NCBI GenBank assembly: GCA_973895155.1
Contig: OZ316895.1
Location: forward strand, 23,532,622 to 23,596,621
Length of the DNA: 64,000 nucleotides
Direction of reading: 5' to 3'
Source of the DNA: Marsupella aquatica
Lineage: Eukaryota > Plantae > Marchantiophyta
The notes beneath the pieces were generated by a model. That model made no database searches. It was not told where the DNA came from and worked only from the letters and a program-made list of their open reading frames with translations. Every line of letters starts with the position of its first letter. The stretch's first letter is position 1. The position numbers and the translations under genes are program-made. Positions 57,262-64,000 of this stretch are shown piece after piece.

Positions 57262-58996
57262 TTATCTGTCGACTTCTCCGAACACAATATCCTGGGTACC
57301 GATTATGGTGACCACATCAGCCAACATGTGATGTTTAGACATGAAGTCCAAACCTTGCAGGTGACCAAACCCTGGAGCGCGAATCTTGCAGCGGTACGGT
57401 CGGTTGGTGCCATTACTTACCAAATAAACCCCAAATTCACCTTTAGGTGCTTCTATAGCGGTGTAGGTAGCCCCAGGTGGAACATGGAAACCTTCAGTAT
57501 GAAGCTTGAAGTGGTGGATAAGAGACTCCATGGATTGCTTCATCTGTGTCCGAGATGGAGCGGTTATTTTTCGATCATCGCTCTTAATCATACCCGTGGG
57601 CATCTCATTGAGACACTGAATAATAATTCGAAGACTCTGCCTCATTTCCTCCACTCGCACGCAATATCGATCATAACAATCTCCTCGACTGCCTACCGGA
57701 ACATCAAAGGTCATTTTGTCGTAGACATCGTAGGGTGAAGCTTTCCGCAAGTCCCACTTAACTCCAGAGCCTCTCACCATCACGCCAGAAAACCCCCAAT
57801 CCATAGCCTCTGACGCTGTGACGACGCCGATGTCTACCAACCTCTCCTTCCAAATTCGGTTGTTTGTCAGCATTTCCTCTAGTTCATCTATCCTAGAAGC
57901 GAACTGCTGGCTGAAGAGGTATATGTCCTCGCTCAATCCCAAGGGAAGGTCCTGAGCAACCCCACCCGGTCGAATGTACGCAGCATGCATTCTGGCTCCT
58001 GACACGCGCTCGTAAAACTCCATGAGCTTCTCTCGCTCTTCAAATGCCCAGAGAAATGGAGTCAGTGCTCCCACGTCCATAGCGTGAGTGGTCAATGCCA
58101 GAAGATGGTTCAACAAGCGAGTAATTTCACTGAACAAAACTCGTATGTACTGTCCCCTAATTGGTACTTCGATGTTCAAGAGCTTCTCCACTGCCAGAGA
58201 GTAGGCATGCTCCTGGCACATCATGGATACATAATCCAGGCGATCGAAGTAAGGCAAAGCCTGAAGGTAGGTTTTGTACTCGATGAGCTTCTCAGTACCG
58301 CGGTGGAGCAGCCCAATATGTGGCTCAGCTCGCTCCACTACTTCTCCATTCATTTCCAGAACTAACCTGAGGACACCATGAGCTGCAGGATGCTGAGGCC
58401 CAAAATTCAGAGTGAAGTTCTTGATCTCCTTCGTCTTGGATTTCGTCATTTCAGTGGCATAACATCTACGACTCTCTGCCAAGTCTGCTGCTCCGTTCCC
58501 GTCCTGATTATGCACAGAAGCTCACAACTTTCATGCTTCCGCACAGGATACAACATGCTACCTTGCCCTAATCGAAAGAGGCCATACGAGTTGATTCCAA
58601 TTTTCCAAGGCTGTGATCAACAAGAGACAACCGACCGATCCAACAGACGACAGCCTACCCGATTGGGGTGACCCGGCTGCCGTTTCATAAACGCTTGCAA
58701 GGACTACTTACATGACCAAACTAATGAAAGTCCTCCGGAATCGGTTGCATTCAAGGAGAGCACAGAGCAAAACACTACTTCAGAAGGAAAAATGAACATA
58801 AACCAACCCTAACAAACGGATTGCAAAGATCTCAGGCTAGAATTCGAGCACAGTGGGACAGAAAGCTCACGCTTGGCTGGTGCTTCACAGATGGGTTTCC
58901 TTGGTTGGATCCGTCGATGACGCAACGCAGTTGTTGCCATGAAGCAAGTCGCAGCTTGCCGAATCTTGAAGCTCCGGCACGCATCACCCCTGCCAT
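57262..58996 (-). CDS. nad7: Nucleus-encoded NADH dehydrogenase subunit 7 (complex I 49-kDa subunit) with mitochondrial presequence; exons 58871-58996 and 57262-58503
   Basis: [42 protein letters not shown] and C-terminal DIVFGEVDR. The upstream exon [25 protein letters not shown]... is Arg-rich and acid-poor, ends AGC|GTGAG and joins in phase 0 to CAG|GAC at 58503. Confidence 0.95.
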
Positions 58997-60093
58997 GGTG
59001 TGAGACTCCCGAGAAGACTCCCGACGCGGAGACGATCTTCCAGCCCTGCTAGATCAGTGTGTAGAAACCCGGAGGGTGAGGTGGATCGATCTCCACTTCT
59101 CTTTGTAACCTACGGAGCTTGTAAGGTGATGGGTCTTCGTCGAATTATGCTGATCGTGTCAATTTGAGAAGAGCTGTTTTCGTGGCCACCTCAATTTCCA
59201 AACGTCGGTCAGATCCCAAGTGTTTGCTTTTGTTGGGTGAAACCTTTAGTTCAGTACAAAGTTCAGTCGTCTCTCTGTAAAAGCACACTCTGTAAGTGCA
59301 ACACCTGGATAAATGCAAGGAATCCCGTTCTACTCCCTTTTTAATGGAGTTAGCAATTTTTTTGCCACCTTTTTGGAAATGCAAACGGGCCTGAAATTTT
59401 CAGGCTACAGTAGAAGAAAACTTTAGAATTACAAACCCTCCTTGTGTTGGGTGAACTCTTTGTTCCGCTCAAAGTTCAGGTGTCGAACTAAGTGCAGACT
59501 CCATAAGTGCTTAACCTGGATAAATGCAAGGAATCCCCTGTTCCCTTTTTCCATGGAGTTAGCACTTCCTTGCACCTTTTGTACATGCAAACAGGCTTGA
59601 AAATTGTCGGCCAAAGGACAGCATTATAAGTCCAAACCCTCAATAAGTGTACATGAACACTGCTTGGAATGCACACAATGGCATCAAACTTCATTTAATT
59701 AAGTGGATGGCATTTTTGGTAGAGTGAAAATTGCACTTACAGGGCAGGCATGTGGTGGAAGTCAAAGGACTCTTCACCCACAAAGGACAATTGTCCATTT
59801 AACAAAGAGATGTAAGCCATAGATTGTTGTGGATACAAGCACATTTCTACGGGTTTGCATTGTCTTTCTTCCAATTCTAAGGAATATATGAGAGAATGAA
59901 CCGATACTTTAAGATGTGGACACCTCCTGCTTTAAGTCCTTCTCATATTTATATTTGCTAAGCTTGTGAGAATATGTACCTTATGTGGACATTGAGTACT
60001 TGTTGGCTTGTACTTTTATTTTGTAAAGCTAGCCAGTAGCGGCTTGTTACATGACAATGGAAACCTGTATACAAGTTAATATTGAGCTAAATA

Positions 60094-60439
60094 TGTTGAG
60101 CATAGACGAAATTCGTAACAGCAAGCCCATGAACCATCCAATGCACAAGAGTCGACACAGAGAGATATGTGGTTCACCTCCACATGAGGTTACGTCCACG
60201 GGAACACACAAGAGCTTTACTGCACTCTAGGCCAACCGGCCATACCAAGCATCCACAGCACAAGCTCTCTCTATCTCTCAACTAGCTCCGTAACAATGAG
60301 CCTAAATTTCACCAGGGTCTGGCATCAGCCTTGACTATATGCACAACAACACTACCGCTAACATTAGCTAAGTCCTAACCCGAGTTAGACTAACTGTAGT
60401 TAGCTCATGAGTCAACAAGACTAAGAGCAATATCTAACA
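60094..60439. mobile_element. Solo LTR (346 bp)
   Basis: TGTTGAG...CTAACA termini with 5-bp TSD AAATA on both sides. Same family as 10298-10637. Confidence 0.88.
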
Positions 60440-61372
60440 AAATACAAATGGGGCACAGGTTGATAATCAATTTTGTTTGGAGGACACTTTAGTAATATTG
60501 AATAGTTTGGGGCACAGATCAGTAAAAAAAACTGTATTGTCCAAACCTTGTGTGTGCAATATTGTGCAAGAAATATTGTACACTTTGTCTACCATTTTGT
60601 CCAAACTCTATATATTGTCACAAACCCTATAGTGACCACATAGTTTTGGTCCCACACCTAGCATTTTGGGCAAATTCCCAAGAGCAGCAAGGGCTAAACA
60701 TTCCAAGAGATCAATTTTGGTCACAAACTTGGTCAACGTTGTTTCAAAAGATCTTCAATCTGGAGTTGATCCTTAGAACAAGAAGACCTGCAGTTATTTT
60801 GGCGTAAATATGTCACAAGTGTGCCAACATCTTGTAAAGCCACCGTTATACAATAAAATACAATAAAGAATTATGTGAACTGTTAGGTGATCTTTAGGTT
60901 AAGTAGTCAACATCACCTTCCATTGATCTTTGTCAAAAAGACATTTATAGATGTTTCTAAATGACACCAGGCCCTAAGTCTTCCCTGGGAGTCTTCCTTT
61001 GTGCTCCGCACTTAACAATTTTTGAAGAGCTAACACATACAATCTGTCATAGGCCCTATACACCTGAGAAATGGAATATTTGTGAATCTGCCTGAGATAG
61101 ATTCAGGTTTATTTTACATGCATCCCTAGTACTTCCCACCCAGGTCATGAGTGTCCATCCTGACGATAAAAACCTTCAATTTTTAAAAGATTTTTAATTG
61201 TTCAAGATTGTCTATACATAGCCAACTAGTCCACGTCAACAAAGTAGGGAAATGAGGAGGACATCTTAAACCACACCTGCCCATATAAAAGCCCCATTCA
61301 CTACTCCTCACTCCTGTTCTGTGGTGAAGACTCTTTTATTAGAAAAGGTAAACCACTCACCATCTTTTGTGG

Positions 61373-61640
61373 AGCTCGAGCCAGTTTATTTTTTAAGTGG
61401 GAATTTTAGCCAAATTCCACGCTACATTTTTCTGGCACCATTAGCCACTCTTCCACCAAATCATTGACCCCATTAGCCAGAATCTAACGGCTCTCCTTAA
61501 ATCTAGGGATATCTGACGGTCACAACTTAATTTAATAAACTTTGTCAGACAATATTCTTAGCATCTCCTCCCTCATAGAAGCAAACATTCGCCACACTGG
61601 CTAAAAATAAAAAACCTTAAAAAATAGGCTGGCTCGAGCC
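61373..61640. mobile_element. MITE-like element with about 25-bp imperfect terminal inverted repeats
   Basis: GCTCGAGCCAGTTTATTTTTTAAG at the left versus CTTAAAAAATAGGCTGGCTCGAGC at the right. A diverged inverted relative lies at about 11720-11930 (shared GCCAGTGTGGCGAATGT and TTAGATTCTGGCTA). Confidence 0.6.
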
Positions 61641-62919
61641 CATTCTTGAACATGTGCACTTTATAATGAGAGCTAGGGGTAACATTTATAGGTGCAGTAA
61701 AGCCCCATTGTTTGTCCAAAAAACCGGTATCCACCGGGTTTCATTTAGTACCATTTTCCTGAAAATGTGAAGAAAAGTTCACTAGGAGAGGAATGTAAAA
61801 AAAGGGATAAGTACGGACACTTCTACTACTTTTATATGGACACTGGTGGTTTAGATAGACCATGAGAAATAAGAAAGGGGATTGCATATTGCGGTGAGGT
61901 GCTTACAATGATAGGTCACAAACTGTGAGTCACCGTGCATTCTTGAATAAAGTTTCAATAAACAACAGTGGACTTACAGTTCATGATTTTTGTTCAAAAT
62001 CACACTGGGACAAACACAGTTGGTAACATTTTATTATATAAATAACAATAGAAGATTAGAGATTTTGGTGTGCTTTGCACCTTAGTGTCAAGAGGGCCTC
62101 TTTGTGGCGATTTTAATTTAGCATACGCAAAATCACACAGGGACACTCATGGTTGGTAACATTTTAATATACACAAGCCCTATGCCAGTGCATTGCACTG
62201 TGCAAGGAGGGCGAGGGCCGGCCCATAGGGAGTCGGGCCAGGGCATTTATGGGGCAACGGGAGTTTAGGGTTTAGGGTTTAGCACATATGTGCCATGGGT
62301 GCACATTTCTTCCATCAAAGGTCAGGGAAAACAGTTAATCAATTTGACGGTTATTGATCCTTCCCACCCAAGAGATATTTTGTATTGGGAAGAAGGACTA
62401 AAAAATGTGGGATCCCTTATTATAGTTGTAGATATTGCGCCAATTTTTACCGTGGTTGTCATTCAAATTTGCAAGGCACAAAAATGAGAAATTCTGTTAG
62501 AGAGAAGGAGTAAAGCCAAAAAGTGAATTAAGTTTAGTGTGAATGGAAAAGAGTCACACCATTGTTAGAGAGTAAATTAAATGAGATAAACAAAAACAAG
62601 GGACTATAGTAACACAATGCACCAGGATCAATGAGGATCTTCCCTCCATGATCAATTCAAGGAAGTACTCTACATATGGAATAGGGTGTAATGCATAGTT
62701 TTGTGTAATAGTGGTAGGAGTTAAATTGCAGATACTACTTTAATTAGTCAATAAGGGGACTACATGCACAGCTTTAATCAAATAAAAAACTATTATTCCA
62801 ATATTTGGGGTGCTTTCTTATATTCAATTTTTTGTGTCATTTCAATGCCAAAAAAACAAAAGGATAAGGCCCAAAGACGTAGCAAAGATCATGGCATGGG
62901 CGTTGATGACTCAGTGTTG

Positions 62920-63440
62920 GGTAAGGACACACTTTTACTTGACAACATATTTTCACTTCACAATATCTTTCACATAACAACCTTTTTGGCGCCATGACAT
63001 CTTTTCCCTTGACGACATCATTTTATTTCATGACATCTTTTTCACATAACGTCGACACCTTTGGCAAAACAACATCTTTGTACTTGATACCATCATTTTA
63101 CTTGATGACATCTTTCACATAACCACATCTTTGGCAAAATGACGTCATTTTTCTTAACGACATCTTTTTATTTGACGACGTCTTTCACATAATGACATCT
63201 TCGGCAAAACAACTTCTTGTTTTTTAACAGCTTTTTATTTTACTTGACAACAACTTTAATTCACATAAAGACATCTTTGTCAAAATGACTTTTTTTTCCT
63301 TTACGGCATCTTTTCACTTCACGACATGTTTCACATAACAACATCTTTGGCGTCATAACTTCTTTTTTCTTAACGACATGTTTTTACAGCACAACATTTT
63401 TCAGATAAAGACATGATCTTGGGCATCACATCGTCTTTTG
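62920..63440. repeat. Degenerate minisatellite built from GACATCTTT and TTCACATAAC motifs
   Basis: Many imperfect recurrences of GACATCTTT, CACATAAC and TTGGCAAAA. Confidence 0.7.
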
Positions 63441-64000
63441 TGCAACGCATGGGTATTGAGCTAGTTCACCATATTACACTGTTTACCTAGTTAGTGTTAC
63501 TAACACTAATTTTGTAGCTAGCAAGAATTTGAGTCACATAAGAAATAGGCTTACTAACATGAACACTAAATTTAAAATAACATGATTGATTCGATTAGTG
63601 TTACCGTGAAATACAGTTATTAGAATCAGCTCAGAATATTTGTGAGAGGAGAATAATTGATCCAGAAAATGTTCCATGCATGAAAATGTTGCAGTCACAC
63701 CGTTGGAGTGTGCAAAATGTGACTTGAAACAATAATATAGAGACAGGATACCTTCCATGAAGGGAGCACAACTAAACCATTACATGGGATACTAGTTAAT
63801 CTCATCAATAATCAATCACTTTCATCAGTCGGTCTGATAACAGCTATCACCTCGCGATCATCTAAGAGAGGCCGTCGAGTTGCGGCGGGAGAAAAAAAGA
63901 GATTTAAAAAAATTAAAATAAAAAAACAAAATCACCCTATTTCCACAAGGTCAGCCAAAATGCTTTTTTTCATTTTTTTGGGTCCAAAAGCCTATCTCGG

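Noticed and set aside
57085-57738. 217-aa plus-strand ORF
   Set aside because: Antisense shadow of nad7 with no recognisable motifs.
57262-58515. nad7 as a NUMT or bacterial nuoD contamination
   Set aside because: It has an in-frame spliceosomal intron and a presequence exon, with no flanking organellar or operon genes.
62263-62283. TTTAGGG run as a telomere or interstitial telomeric array
   Set aside because: Fewer than three units, so at most a telo-box-like motif.

Overview
Eukaryotic nuclear DNA from a plant, most likely a liverwort: it has spliceosomal GT-AG introns, TTTAGGG motifs and a nucleus-encoded nad7 with a presequence exon. Host genes are a 5-exon YY1-like C2H2 zinc-finger gene, signal peptide peptidase, an intronless MOT1-family molybdate transporter, nuclear NAD7 and a 4-copy tandem array of Zn-motif/coiled-coil/BTB genes (2 intact, 2 disrupted). 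The standout is a complete 10.9-kb CACTA (En/Spm) transposon at 12875-23769 with CACTAC...GTAGTG ends and a TTC target duplication. It carries an intact SET-domain exon inside the first intron of its transposase. One upstream exon encoding a CxCxxC...H motif splices in frame to either the SET exon or the transposase. The divergently oriented TnpA-like gene is disrupted. Also present are two solo LTRs with TSDs, MITE-like foldbacks and many short tandem duplications. Gene models were derived by eye from splice consensus and frame continuity, and family assignments come from motif recognition, not database searches.
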